A DNA stretch of 63,270 nt, the filler included, from Octopus bimaculoides (lineage: Eukaryota): NCBI RefSeq assembly GCF_001194135.2. It is 10 parts of 9 records of this genome, joined end to end, with 100 filler letters (N's around TTAATTAATTAA, not from the genome) between each part and the next. Parts side by side here need not be neighbours in the genome. Positions count along the whole stretch, not along the records: positions 1 to 18,207 come from NC_068986.1; 9 more parts are not named here. One strand, 5' to 3'. Both the position numbers and the translations under genes were made by a program. The first letter of the stretch is position 1. Every line of letters starts with the position of its first letter. The notes under the pieces were generated by a model that made no database searches, was not told the origin of the DNA, and saw nothing but the letters and a program-made list of their open reading frames with translations. Shown here piece after piece: positions 1 through 12,484 of this stretch.

Positions 1-581
1 CATGAACAAAACACAGGTTTACGAGTGGCTTTAGGGATGGTCACTAGTCGCTTGAAGACCAACCTCGGTCAGGGCTACCGTCGACCCCTCGCCGAACGAA
101 TGAAAACATCGCGAAAATTCATGAACTAATCTTGAAGGAACGTCGCCGAACAACTGAAGAACTTGTTGATATGACTGGTGTGTCCAAGAGCACCTGCCAA
201 CGAATTTTGAGCGAGGAATTGCGAATGAAAAGAGTTGCAGCAAAATGTGTGCCTCGTTTTCTCACGGAAGATCAGAAGCAGTCACGAGTGAATGCGTGTT
301 GTAAACTGAAAGAACAGTTGGAATTTGATCTTATTTTTTCTTTTCGTTACCCAAATGAAAAAACACCTTAAAGGAAAACGTCTTGCAGATGTAGAAGAGG
401 AGAAAAAAACCGACGGAGGCGTTGAAAGTTATCGCTTCGCAAGGGTTCCAGGACTACTTTGAACAGTTGAAATGGCGTCTGGGCCGATGCATTGCTTCAA
501 TACTTTGACGGCGATAAAAGTGTAAACATGTAAAATTAAGTGAATGAAGTAATATTGCAAATTCCCGGTTTCCTTTGCGTA
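1..581 (+). mobile_element. mariner transposon remnant, internally deleted, runs off window start
   Basis: ORF 132-371 (TGVSKSTCQRILSEELRMKRVAAKCVPRFLTEDQKQSRV) is mariner-like and homologous to 10392-11625. It jumps at ~330 to the C-terminal part. Partial right TIR TTCCCGGTTTCCTTTGCGTA lies before a microsatellite. Confidence 0.85.
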
Positions 582-888
582 TATAGATAGATAGATAGAT
601 AGATAGATACATACATACATACATACATACATACATACATACATACATACATACATACATACGTACGTACGTATATCTATATATATATTTATATATATAT
701 TAATGTCTGTTTTATATTAAGTTATATACCAAAACAATTTAACATGTTAAACTGATAAATCACTTTTTTCAGTAGTGGCGGCTAGTAAGGCGAAAATTCG
801 ATGGCATTGTCAATCTTTACCTTCTAAAAATTTATATATAAGATGATCCCCTAGCATGGCCAATGATTGGAACAAGTAAGAAGAAAAG

Positions 889-1000
889 GATGTGTGCGTG
901 TATCTGTGTGTGTATATGTGTGTACATGTGTGTGTGAGAAAGTGTGTAAGTGTGCGTGTGTGTGTTCGTGTGTGTGTGTGTGTGTCTCTGTGTGTGTGTG

Positions 1001-1035
<35 letters not shown>

Positions 1036-1043
1036 CTGTGTCT

Positions 1044-1125
<82 letters not shown>

Positions 1126-1127
1126 GC
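889..1127. repeat. (TG)n microsatellite
   Basis: Directly visible; source of the spurious VC/HT ORFs. Confidence 0.97.
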
Positions 1128-1136
1128 TTGTAGTTA

Positions 1137-1512
1137 TTTTGACAGTGATAGCTGATCCCACATAGGGCTTCTGCAGGGCAGATTGGTTCATGACTTCTGT
1201 GTTCTGAATAATGAGTGTGAGGCCGAAGTTGTTGCAAGCAATGGAAAAGCGGTTCATTCTCTGCTGCATGTGGGGCTCTCTGGCGGCCTTGAGTGCGCAG
1301 TCGTTTGAGAATAGGAAGTCCTCTTCGATTTTGGCCATGGCCTGTACCCTCTGCAGGTTGAAGAATCTGTCATTAGTCGTCGTTGCAGAAGGTATCCGAG
1401 AGCATGACTCAGAAAATCATGCTGAACAGCGTAGGTTCGACTACACAGCTCTGCTTAACTCTGTTAGTGACTGGGAATATGCTGGAAGAATCTCCATTGT
1501 CTTGTAGTCGAG
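1137..1512 (-). mobile_element. RTE-type LINE reverse-transcriptase fragment (inverted 5' piece)
   Basis: Minus-strand translation LQDNGDSSSIFPVTNRVKQSCVVEPTLFS...DFLFSNDCALK...RFSIACNNFGLT...TEVMNQ...ITVK matches RT motifs of the GVKQG and LFADD type seen in RTE elements. Confidence 0.85.
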
Positions 1513-1527
1513 TGATCGACTAGTTAA

Positions 1528-2322
1528 ATCACTGCTGAAAGGGAAAACCTGAAAGTTGTTGATAAGTTCACGTACCTTGCCTGCACACTCTCCAGATCTG
1601 TGAACATTCACGTTGAATTGAACACATGCATCGCCAAGAGAAGCTTGGCATTCGAATGGCTACATGAATCAGTGTGGGAGAAGAAGAGCATTAGGCTGAC
1701 CATCAAGGTAAAAGTGTACAAAGCTGCTGTACTGCCTAGACTATTGTACGCCTACGAGAGTTGTAGTTTACGAACGCCATACCAAAAAGCTAGACCGCTT
1801 CCACATGAACTACCTGAGAAAGCTATTGAAAATCACCTGGAAAGAGAAGAGGTCCTCTCACGAGCTAATCTGCCAAGCATTTACACACTGCTAAGGAGAG
1901 TGCAAGTGAGGTGGGCAAGCCACCTTGCTCGAATACTTGACACACGACTCCCTAAGAGACTATTTTACAGCAAACTAGTTGAAGGCAAGCGCACACAAAG
2001 TAGACAGAAAAAGTGCTCCAAGCATACACTGAAAGCCCAAAACCTTCGAAACGCAAGTGCAAGACCACCTTACCTAGTAAAGCTACACCAACAGAGGTTT
2101 CACCTCCTACAAACAGGACATGATTGCAGGGGCACAAAGAAAATGAGAACTGCGCATGTTCAGAGACAACTCCTTGCCTTCAGTTCCAACAGATCACCAG
2201 CGCTCGACTTGCAGCAAAGCCTTTCGAGCACGCATCGGACTAATTGTCTATACCCGGACACACCTTGTCACCTCTTTTTCTCCCATGTGATGTCCTTGGT
2301 TATCGAGGACAACGACGGAATA
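1528..2322 (+). mobile_element. RTE-type LINE 3' part with (TAA)n tail
   Basis: ENLKVVDKFTYL..TLSRSVNI..ELNTCIAK...KVKVYKAAVLPRLLYAYES...QVRWASHLARILDTRLPKRLFYSKLVEGKR, followed by (TAA)n from ~2323. Confidence 0.88.
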
Positions 2323-2732
<410 letters not shown>

Positions 2733-3652
2733 CTATTCCGAATGTTTAATCTTTACTGAATTCTCCTTTAAGAAATATCTTTTTCTGTTTCATGTGAATG
2801 TGTCATACTTCAATGGTATATGCTCTAAATCATGTACATGTTTGTGTATGTACGTGTGCGGGGGGGGAGAGAGAGAGAGAGAGATTGAGAGAGGAAAAAA
2901 GAAAGAAAAAGAAAAAAGGGCGAAAGAAAAAGAAAAAAGGGCGAAAGAAAAAAGAGAGATTTCATATCATCCGAGAGTAGTGGAGTTCTTTCCGCTAGCC
3001 ATCCTCACCTGAGTTTTTATCTCTAGTAGTTTTTTTTTTCCAGAACCAAATTTTTCATTGTTATAGATGCAAAATTCGAAAAAATGCAATTTTTCAGATT
3101 TGATTATTACACAGCAGATTTTTTTCGGTCTATGTATAACGTTCATATTGCAAAAACAAAAACAGAGGGAAATTCTATCTCTTAGCATTCTCGAACAGTT
3201 CCAATAGTTCAAAAGCGAAATCAGTTAAAAAAAAAAAAACTTCAGGGAGAGATTAGTTTAATTCATCAGAGAAATATATTATTCACAGACAAAAGTTCGC
3301 CATAGAACAGTTTCCTACAAAAACCGATGAAAAAATATAGCATACTTTATTTTGAAAACTGCTAGAACTGGATTATTGATATGTTTAGTTAAATACCTTT
3401 AACTTGTGAGCCAGCTAAAATTAAATAAAATTATGTTGACTGGTCGGTCATATTCTGTTTCAGAAAACAATAGATTCTGCAACACTCTACATTATGTTGC
3501 CAAAACCTTGTGTTGTGATAAAGCTGTTAGCTACATATGAAAAGTTATAGTCCGAAGCATGTTAATTACATAAACTCACTAACTAGCTCTTCTCACTTCT
3601 GTACTATTGTTGCAGTTTCTAGCCAAATGTTTTTCAAGTGATTATAATAATA

Positions 3653-4004
3653 GGCGTGGAGGCGCAATGGCCCAGTGGTTAGGGCAGCGGACTCGCGGTC
3701 ATAGGATCGCGGTTTCGATTCCCAGAACGGGCGCTGTGAGTGTTTATTGAGCGAAAACACCTAAAGCTCCACGAGGCTCCGGCAGGGGATGGTGGCGAAC
3801 CCTGCTGTACTCTTTCACCACAACTTTCTCTCACTCTTACTTTCTGTTTCGGTTGTGCCTGTAATTCAAAGGGTAAGCCTTGTCACACTGTGTCACGCTG
3901 AATATCCCCGAGAACTACGTTAAGAGTACGCGTGTCTGTGGAGTGCTCAGCCATTTACACGTTAATTTCACGAGCAGGCTGTTCCGTTGATCGGATCAAC
4001 TAGA
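3653..4004 (+). mobile_element. tRNA-derived SINE (family also at 18308-18538 and 40338-40705)
   Basis: tRNA-like head with A box (TGGCCCAGTGG) and B box (GGTTTCGATTCC), followed by a body shared with two other copies in the window. Confidence 0.85.
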
Positions 4005-4239
4005 ACAGTTGCTTTGTTTACACTATCGTCCCCCAGAAACCGAGAATATACGCTCATAGTGGGATTTCTTTGAAACAAAGATATATATTGTTACTAATGA
4101 ATAGAATGTCTTTGATTTTCTTCTGCTGGTATAACACTGACCTGTACGTACCAATGATACTTCCTCTAGACTGAATATCTAAAATCGACACGAGGTGTCA
4201 CAAAATATGCAGAATAACATTTGGGACTATATATTATTC

Positions 4240-4866
4240 ATATACTTTTTAAGTTATCTCTTTGCTCCTTCTTCAGCACCGCATCAAATGCATTAACCAT
4301 CAACGAACACAGCTTAAACAGCCACTGAGTTTAGCGTTGTAACACTATTGGATTGATCAAGTAACATATTAAACTCAATCCTGGCAACGGGCACGAACAT
4401 ATCAATTTTGCTGGTAGGGACAGTGAATTTCGTTTTGCGGCCATAATATACTCTCAAGTATATTAAAGGCTTTTAAGTCAATGCTGAGTCTTTTGTGTTG
4501 ACAATGCAATTCAATCACTTTTAAGTTATCGCTAGAGATTTTCTATAGAATTTAGAGACAACACTGAATGATACAACGTTTCGTATGCATAGGCACTAAG
4601 TTTAGCGTTCTAACACTTTTGGATATACCAATTTTATATAGTAAATACATTCCTAGCAACCTAAATGGTTAATGGGTTAAATGTGGTGCGGAAGAAAGAG
4701 CAATAACTCCTGAAATATGCATATATACACCTTGCCTATTTTCTATCTTCGATCGTATTCGTATCCGAAAGATGATAACTTTTAGTGCTGTCTCTAAATT
4801 CTATTGAATCGCACTGCTAAAACAAAAGTAGGACACAGTATTGCCATATAAGCCTTTAATATACGT
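4240..4866. repeat. nested direct and inverted degenerate repeats (possible inverted PLE pseudo-LTR pair)
   Basis: ~4250-4300 is inverted at ~4672-4720; ~4457-4520 is inverted at ~4795-4865; ~4321-4388 is repeated directly at ~4592-4660. Confidence 0.6.
4685..4731 (+). ncRNA. degenerate hammerhead-ribozyme-like motif
   Basis: GGTG-CGGAAGA-AAGAG CAATAA CTCCT-GAAA-TATGCATA-TA-(TA)-CACC. The inverted homologue at ~4262-4280 retains CTGAAGA and GGAG. Confidence 0.4.
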
Positions 4867-5268
4867 TCTGAAACGCTTGCGAAACTCGTGAGACGAAAAC
4901 ACCTGATCTGTGGCAAAGTGGAGAGTGGTGGTTTCATCATGACAAAGCGCCTGCGCACACCGCCTTAAGCATCACCCCGCTTATACACCCTCCCTATTCA
5001 CCCGATATACTGTTTTTTATTCACCCGGATGAAAAAAGTTCTTAAAGGAAAACATTTTGCAAATGTGGAAGAGGTGAAGCAAAAATCAACGGAGGCATTA
5101 AAAGGTGTCACTTTGCATGAGTTCCAGGACTGCTTCGAACAGTGGAAAATGTGTCTGGACCGAAGCATTGGTTCAAATGGATAATACTTTGATGACGATA
5201 AAAGTGTAAACATGTGAAGCTAAGTGAATAAAATTGCAAAATTTCGGTTTCTTTTGGGTACTCTCTCG
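4862..5268 (+). mobile_element. mariner transposon, 5'-truncated, with right TIR
   Basis: VLKRLRNSVRRKHPDLWQSGEWWFHHDKAPAHTAL, then a PYSPD-like motif and MKKVLKGKHF. Ends TTTCGGTTTCTTTTGGGTACTCTCTCG + TA. Confidence 0.88.
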
Positions 5269-5279
5269 TATATATACAT

Positions 5280-5550
<271 letters not shown>

Positions 5551-6985
5551 TACGTAGATACATTTGTTCAGACATCATCCATACTTGCATGCATGGGTGT
5601 AGGGTCATGTGTATCTGTCTATGTAAGTTGTAAATATGTATGTATGTGTGGATAACAAAGAAACCATAGAAGTCAAAAAGAAAATTACATAATAAATGAG
5701 AGAAATATATAAATAGCAAGTATATTTGAAGTCAAGTTTAATATCAGCTTTAAGCCATTATCTCATGAATGATAGCCATTAGGCAGAAAAAGAGAAAGAA
5801 ATGACGACATAAATACTGGATCATATAACAGAATCAAAGATGAAAAGAAACAGTGTTCGATGCAAATTGTTAACCATGAAAACCATGTTACTTTATAAGT
5901 TCAAAAAGTGCTCGTTCTCAGAATTCTTTGGCAGCCGACAAGTTGAGATATATACTATTTAGATGTATTGCTCGTCTTTATCAAACGATAATCTTTTCGA
6001 CAAAAAAACGTAACCAACTAACCTAGAACGCCAGAATACAATCAAATTTGGTTTATAAATTATAGTCCACTCCCAGTCTGGGTCAAACAGAACCATAAAG
6101 ATCAAACTTGATCAGTGGGAAAGTAACAGAACAACTCAACTGCTAAATTGCTCTTGGCTACAAGAAGACATAACATACAAATGCATTTCCGCTGTAACAG
6201 ACAAGATTAACTGCGTACTAAATGTAATTCTTATTTCGTATTTATCTCGTAAGCAGTATAATATGGTGTATGTAACCTGACCCACCTCACGCCAGCGAGC
6301 TATAACCATCACAATCAATCAATACTGTCTCACAGATTAAAAATAAAGGAAAGATCAACTCGATTTACATCCGCTCCTGTTGTGTTACAATTTCCTACTG
6401 ACAGGCTCCTTTCATCTACCAACAAATATGCCGTCAAGAACAGCAACCAAGCTATCATTTTGAAATACAATGCAGCAAAGTTAATTTCCTATGGTTGCTG
6501 TAATTCAATTTAAAATCGGGAAATTACTTCCAAATTCCTCGATTCGATACCACCTGAAGAGATTATTCAAACACTCTGCCCATAAGGTCAAATGTCAAAC
6601 ACAAATGATTTTATTAACTATGATCAAGACAACGATTAACAATGTTCGCAATAGTATATGAAAATACTATTTCATCGATAAATTCATGCTCTCAGACATT
6701 GAGTGTCTGTCTCTCTTTAAAATATTGGTGTATGCTATGCTTACCAATTATGTACTTGTCTCTTTCACACTAGCACACATCCTACAGCATTTCTGGTGTT
6801 TCGTTTGGACTGTACTTTGCATTCCTTCACTTTTTATCTATCTACATATACAGGCAATGACAGCATGGAAAAATCAATTTAGCTATCACAAAACACACAG
6901 AAACTGTTAAATTTAATTAAACATTTAATACTCAGTGTCAAAATTTTTGTTGCACTGCCTGCCTTGTCACTACCACAGTTCTACA

Positions 6986-7016
<31 letters not shown>

Positions 7017-7404
7017 TATATNNNNNNNNNNNNNNNNNNNNNNNNNNNNNNNNNNNNNNNNNNNNNNNNNNNNNNNNNNNNNNNNNNNNNNNNNNNNNNN
7101 NNNNNNNNNNNNNNNNNNNNNNNNNNNNNNNNNNNNNNNNNNNNNNNNNNNNNNNNNNNNNNNNNNNNNNNNNNNNNNNNNNNNNNNNNNNNNNNNNNNN
7201 NNNNNNNNNNNNNNNNNNNNNNNNNNNNNNNNNNNNNNNNNNNNNNNNNNNNNNNNNNNNNNNNNNNNNNNNNNNNNNNNNNNNNNNNNNNNNNNNNNNN
7301 NNNNNNNNNNNNNNNNNNNNNNNNNNNNNNNNNNNNNNNNNNNNNNNNNNNNNNNNNNNNNNNNNNNNNNNNNNNNNNNNNNNNNNNNNNNNNNNNNNNN
7401 NNNN

Positions 7405-7620
7405 ATTTATATTTCAATATGTGACCGCGTGTGTATCGTTGGCGATTTTATTTCTCATCTTCCCTTCTTTGGACTTTTTCTATATTTCTGATGAAGAGCT
7501 CCACTCGAAACGCGAAATTCTCTTTCTCTTCTTTCTTTTCCTGAACTTCCAATAACACTGTACTTATTCCACGCCCTGACGTTGTTGTTTTTCGTGTTTT
7601 TTCTTGCTTATTCATGTTTG
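7405..7620 (+). mobile_element. dispersed repeat family A (PLE pseudo-LTR-like); homologue at 45625-45840 on minus strand
   Basis: AATATGTGACCGCGTGTG(T/C)ATCGTTGG...TTCCCTTCTTTGGACTTTT...ATTTCTGA(T/C)GAAGA is shared by both copies, and both carry a hammerhead-like core. Confidence 0.65.
7484..7518 (+). ncRNA. minimal hammerhead-like motif, probably inactivated
   Basis: ATTT-CTGATGA-A-GAG CTCCA CTC-GAAA-CG-CG-AAAT. Stems I and II pair, but the NUH site reads GCG. Confidence 0.55.
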
Positions 7621-7637
7621 GATTGATTATGTGTATA

Positions 7638-7951
7638 GAGGTCTAGCGAATCATGCATGTACCCACATTACATCATTTTCATCTGCTAATTACTTCGGCA
7701 CACAAGAGCTATAGGGATAGAATGGGGCATGTCAACGCTAGGCCGAAACAGCTGTAAGCTTCTGTATATTCTACATTAGCTAAATGTACTTTATATTTGT
7801 AACCTTAATTGTTAATATGACATGGTATGTCATAAGCATCTGTATATTGTGGTTTTTGTCATTTTAGTTACAAAATAAACAAATTAATTCAATGGAATAC
7901 ACTGTCTGCAAGTCGATGGATACCGCATATTCTCCTCCATTTTCTTATTGC
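7638..7951 (+). mobile_element. dispersed repeat family B (PLE pseudo-LTR-like) with truncated long-stem-II hammerhead; homologue at 19816-20139
   Basis: GGTCTAG...CTAGGCC-GAAACAGCTGTA-AG, then ~190 nt ending CCATTTTCTTATTGC(TA)n. Alignable by eye to the reverse complement of 19816-20139. Confidence 0.7.
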
Positions 7952-8409
7952 TATATATATANNNNNNNNNNNNNNNNNNNNNNNNNNNNNNNNNNNNNNN
8001 NNNNNNNNNNNNNNNNNNNNNNNNNNNNNNNNNNNNNNNNNNNNNNNNNNNNNNNNNNNNNNNNNNNNNNNNNNNNNNNNNNNNNNNNNNNNNNNNNNNN
8101 NNNNNNNNNNNNNNNNNNNNNNNNNNNNNNNNNNNNNNNNNNNNNNNNNNNNNNNNNNNNNNNNNNNNNNNNNNNNNNNNNNNNNNNNNNNNNNNNNNNN
8201 NNNNNNNNNNNNNNNNNNNNNNNNNNNNNNNNNNNNNNNNNNNNNNNNNNNNNNNNNNNNNNNNNNNNNNNNNNNNNNNNNNNNNNNNNNNNNNNNNNNN
8301 NNNNNNNNNNNNNNNNNNNNNNNNNNNNNNNNNNNNNNNNNNNNNNNTTGTACTTACACCTTAGATCCATCATGCCGAGTGATGTGTTATTTTAAACCAG
8401 ACAATGTAT

Positions 8410-9200
8410 TGAAAAGATACCTTCTATGCATCTTATGCGGTAGACTACGTTTCTAGTTCTACAGTTAATGCCTACATACCATGCAGTTACCATTGGTGCA
8501 TATGGTATTCACAAAGGGGTACGTCCTACATAGTTATGATCTGATGGAGTTCCCTGGCTTTTCAACAATCTTAATTTTTAGTTTGGTCTCCTTCAGAGCT
8601 TTCCTAAATCTACGGGCTAGTTCTGCATGGGTTGTGGCCTCTACAAACATCACTCCTTGATATTTGTCGATTTTATACCACGTGTTCACCCTGTTTGCTT
8701 TGTCACAAGCTCTTTGTATTCTATTCCAGTCTTTGCTTCTTATCTAGGATTGGTACCACTGGCTGGTTTCATTACATATAATGTTGTCTAACTTCTTTCT
8801 AGCACACCTGTATAATCGAACCCTATCTTTCTGATCATATCCAGAGAATTGCATGTGGTGCATGAAGTTCTGTACATGTTTCCTCGTTTCATAGGGTTTG
8901 CATAGTGGGGACATGTTGTTCAGTATGTTAATTTTCTTCATGTTATGTGACAAAGCTGAGTTCTTGTGAACAACATATTTCGAAGCTATGGGTTTCATGT
9001 AATAGGAGCGGAGGAGCTGCACTCAGTCTCTAACCAATTTCAGTATCAAGGACGGGAGTCTATTGTTGGGGTGCCTAGTGGAGTAATCTATAGTTATCTT
9101 GATAATTTGGTGGATGGAGTTAGCTACTTGCTGGATGCTCTCCATTATATTCTTCTCAGTTTCTAGATTACCGTTACTATAGTTGATCTTAACTAGGATA
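8410..9200 (-). mobile_element. Penelope-like retroelement fragment (RT C-terminus, linker, start of GIY-YIG)
   Basis: Minus-strand translation ...YYMKPIASKYVVHKNSALS...MQFSGYD...VMFVEATTHAELA...KIKIVEKPGNSI...CTNGNCMVC...CRTRNVVYRIRC resembles a PLE RT thumb followed by a Cys-rich linker and VVY motif. Confidence 0.7.
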
Positions 9201-10184
9201 TTAATATCGTCTACATACCTACTGTAAAGTAGAAGAGTTGCGGACTGTTCTGCTGTTTATACACAGGTATAACACTTAGTGGGCTGTTATGTAGTTGTAT
9301 GTATGTGGTGGGTGTATATATATGTATATGTATATGCACATGTATGTAGGCAAATGTATATGAAAGTAAACAGATAAATATACAGACGAATAGGTACATA
9401 AGTAATATGAACAGACAAGCACACATACACACACATACGCAAATGAAGACCATATACACACACATTTCGCAGTAGATTTTCACAAATCAATCAATTAATT
9501 AAAAAATCTAACTACAATCACTGTGTGCGTATTGTATTGGCAGAATTACTCCTGCAAATACAACTATATATGTAAATATTATTTACATTAAAAATGCATG
9601 TTTATGTGAGAGTGTATGAAGATGGTGGTATGTTTGCTCTATGTAAGGGTACAACATCCGTTTTTTCTTTATGCCTTTAATCATTACCATTTTACTCCAG
9701 TAGAAATATTTACAAGATGAATATATTGATACTACAATTGCCTCATTGGTGGAGAATATTCAAAATACATCAGATAACTACAGAATAAGTAGGATACATC
9801 AGTTCTATACAAAATACATTTTTAGTATTGCTTATGAATTTACAGCGTGATAAGCGAAGGTTCCAGCTCGGAAGAAGGTAAAGATGATTCCTACTACTTG
9901 GTTAAGTGTGGTGTATCAAATAACACAATAATTCTTGGAGCTCAATATTAATGCTATTCATAGTTTTCTCCTATGCAAGTATACCAGGAAACATAAAACC
10001 ATTTCAAGATAGAAGTGTCTACTTCGCAAAAAGAAATATTTTTATCTCAAGTAAATATTGACATATCGCTATGCACTACTTAAACAAAATATATGTGATT
10101 GATCAAGTGTTACAAGCTATCTTTAAGCTCAAGCAAAAGGCAAAAATGAATTATATTTATAGAAACATAGATATAAGTATAAAC

Positions 10185-10340
10185 GGTTGGCTGGATCGGT
10201 AGAACAGTAGACAATATATCATTCGTTATTAAGATTACATTCCGTGTTCAAACCTTGATGGTAGCTAACTTTGCCTTTCATTGTTACAGGATCAATCAAA
10301 TAAGCACCAGTCAAGTGCTGGGGTCAATTTAATACACTAT
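10185..10340 (+). mobile_element. degenerate tRNA-derived SINE with Nin-like central domain
   Basis: TTTGCCTTTCAT...AAATAAGCACCAG...CTGGGGTC, similar to the copy at 62211-62442. Confidence 0.55.
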
Positions 10341-10391
10341 AAGCCCCTCGAATGTGCCAATGTTAGAAATTTACAAATTTCATTTCATGTA

Positions 10392-11625
10392 CGAGTATTT
10401 ACCCAAAAGTAACCGGAAACGTTGTCCGTGGGATAAGTCCGTTATAGTTCAGGCTTCCACCACTAAAGATTCTTGATACGACCCTCAGGCATCAGTCTGC
10501 CGACCGGCGTTAATGGTTTCAGTCATATTGTCACGTGGTACGTCTTCGTTTTGCAGTGCTTCTCCGCTATTCGTCGATTTTTGCGATGGCTGAAACGAAG
10601 GAAAAGCGTGCTTCCATGAAATTCTGTTTTCTGTTGGGGTAAATGACGACCGAGACAGTTGCCATGCTTCAAACAGCTTACAAAGACGCCACCATGAGCA
10701 AAACACAATTTTACGAGTTTCACGCTTTAGGAATGATTACTTCTCGCTTGAAGACCAATATCGTTCATGGCCACCACCATCGACATCCCGAACGAATGAA
10801 AACATCACAAAAATTCATGAGCTAATCTTGGAGGACCACTGCCAAAGAATTGATGATATGAATGGTGTGTCCTGGAGCTCCTGCCAACGAATTTTGAGTG
10901 AGGGATTGCGAATGAAAGAAGTTGCTGCAAAATATGTGCATCGCTTGCTCAAGGAAGATCAAAAGCAGTCACGACTAAATGCATGTTGTGAATTGAAACA
11001 ACAGTTGGAAGTTGATCCGGACCTTCTTTCGAAGGTCATCAGGGGACGAGCGCTGCTGCTACGGATACGACCCGAAAACAAAGCAACAATCAAGTCAATG
11101 GAAGGATTAAATGTCACCTCGCTCCCCAAAAGGTGATGCTGATTTGTTTGATCGATGCGAAAAGAATTGTCCAGACATTTTACTTGGCAGTTCTGAAGCG
11201 TTTGCGGTGGGACGAAAATGCCCCGACCTATGGCAAAGTAGAGAGTGTTGATTTCATCACAACAATGTGCCTGAGTACACTGCCTTGAATATGAGACAAT
11301 TTTTAACCAAAAATGACATCAGCCAGCTTACTCACCCTCCCTATTCATCCGACTTTGCTCCCTGCACCATTTTTTGTTCCTTGAATGAAAAAAAGTTCTT
11401 AAAGAAAAACATTTTGCAGATTTGGAAGAGGTGAAGAAAAAATGACGGAGGCGTTAAAATGCATCACTTCGCATGAGTTCCAGGACTGTTTTGAACAGTA
11501 GAAAACCCATCTGGACCAACTCATTGCTTCGAATGGATAATACTTTGAAAGCGATGAAAGTATAAACATGTAAAAAGTGAATAAAATAATATTGCAAAAT
11601 TCCGGTTTCTTTTGGGTATCCCTCG
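10392..11625 (+). mobile_element. full-length but pseudogenised mariner transposon (~1.23 kb)
   Basis: TIRs CGAGTATTTACCCAAAAGTAACCGGAA and TTCCGGTTTCTTTTGGGTATCCCTCG, with TA at the left end. Broken transposase frames include MAETKEKRASMKFCFLLG, VSWSSCQRILSEGL, FHHNNVPEYT and PPYSSDFAPC. Confidence 0.92.
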
Positions 11626-12451
11626 AACGCTGTCTGTATTCCAATTAATGAAAACGTACAACAAATTTTTGCACCATTGCATAAATGAGATCAGACCAAG
11701 CCCAAGCATACTTAGATTTTTCCATAAAGTTGTGCTCGCTATGATCTCCCAAAAGGCGTACTTAATCGATGAGTAGACTCGATATTTATTTATCCCTGAC
11801 TATGAGAGACTTTTGTTTCAATTACGACATCTATTCTCCCAGCGAGGTGAAAAATATGTTTATTGAACATACAATCGTGATTCTGCCAACAAATCACAGA
11901 TGTGTGTGTATGTCTGTGTATGTGCGTGTGAATATGAGTGCGTATGCATGTCTGGATCGTTTATACCGAGAATGTCTGAGTAGAGTTAATCATTAGCTTT
12001 AAACGAATGTTTTACATATCCATGCATACAAACACCCATTCATACATACATACATACACATACATGCATGCCTGCATGTGTCTATGTATATACCTCCGTA
12101 TGTATTTGATATCACTTTTCTTAAGGCCTCAGTATTTGAGTTAATGTTCTCCACCTCCTTGTCAACTTCTATATTACAAATAATCAATAATATATTATTT
12201 CTTATTTATTTCATAAATTTCATGACATATCAGAAATAGTTTCATATTACATTTAACTGCACATTTATGATGAAATACTGTTATTGTTTAAAACAGATGC
12301 ATTTCAACAATAGTCTATAGAATACCATGTATCATCAAAATATATAAATATCATCATAAAACATTTGCTTTGTGATACATTTATTTGAATAGTTGTAGTT
12401 ATAAGTGCTCTGAGCGGATCCGTAAAGATAACAGCAATAAAGTTATATATT

Positions 12452-12484
<33 letters not shown>

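Noticed and set aside
3653-3725. tRNA-like sequences at SINE heads
   Set aside because: They continue into multi-copy SINE bodies and lack a complete cloverleaf; not tRNA genes.
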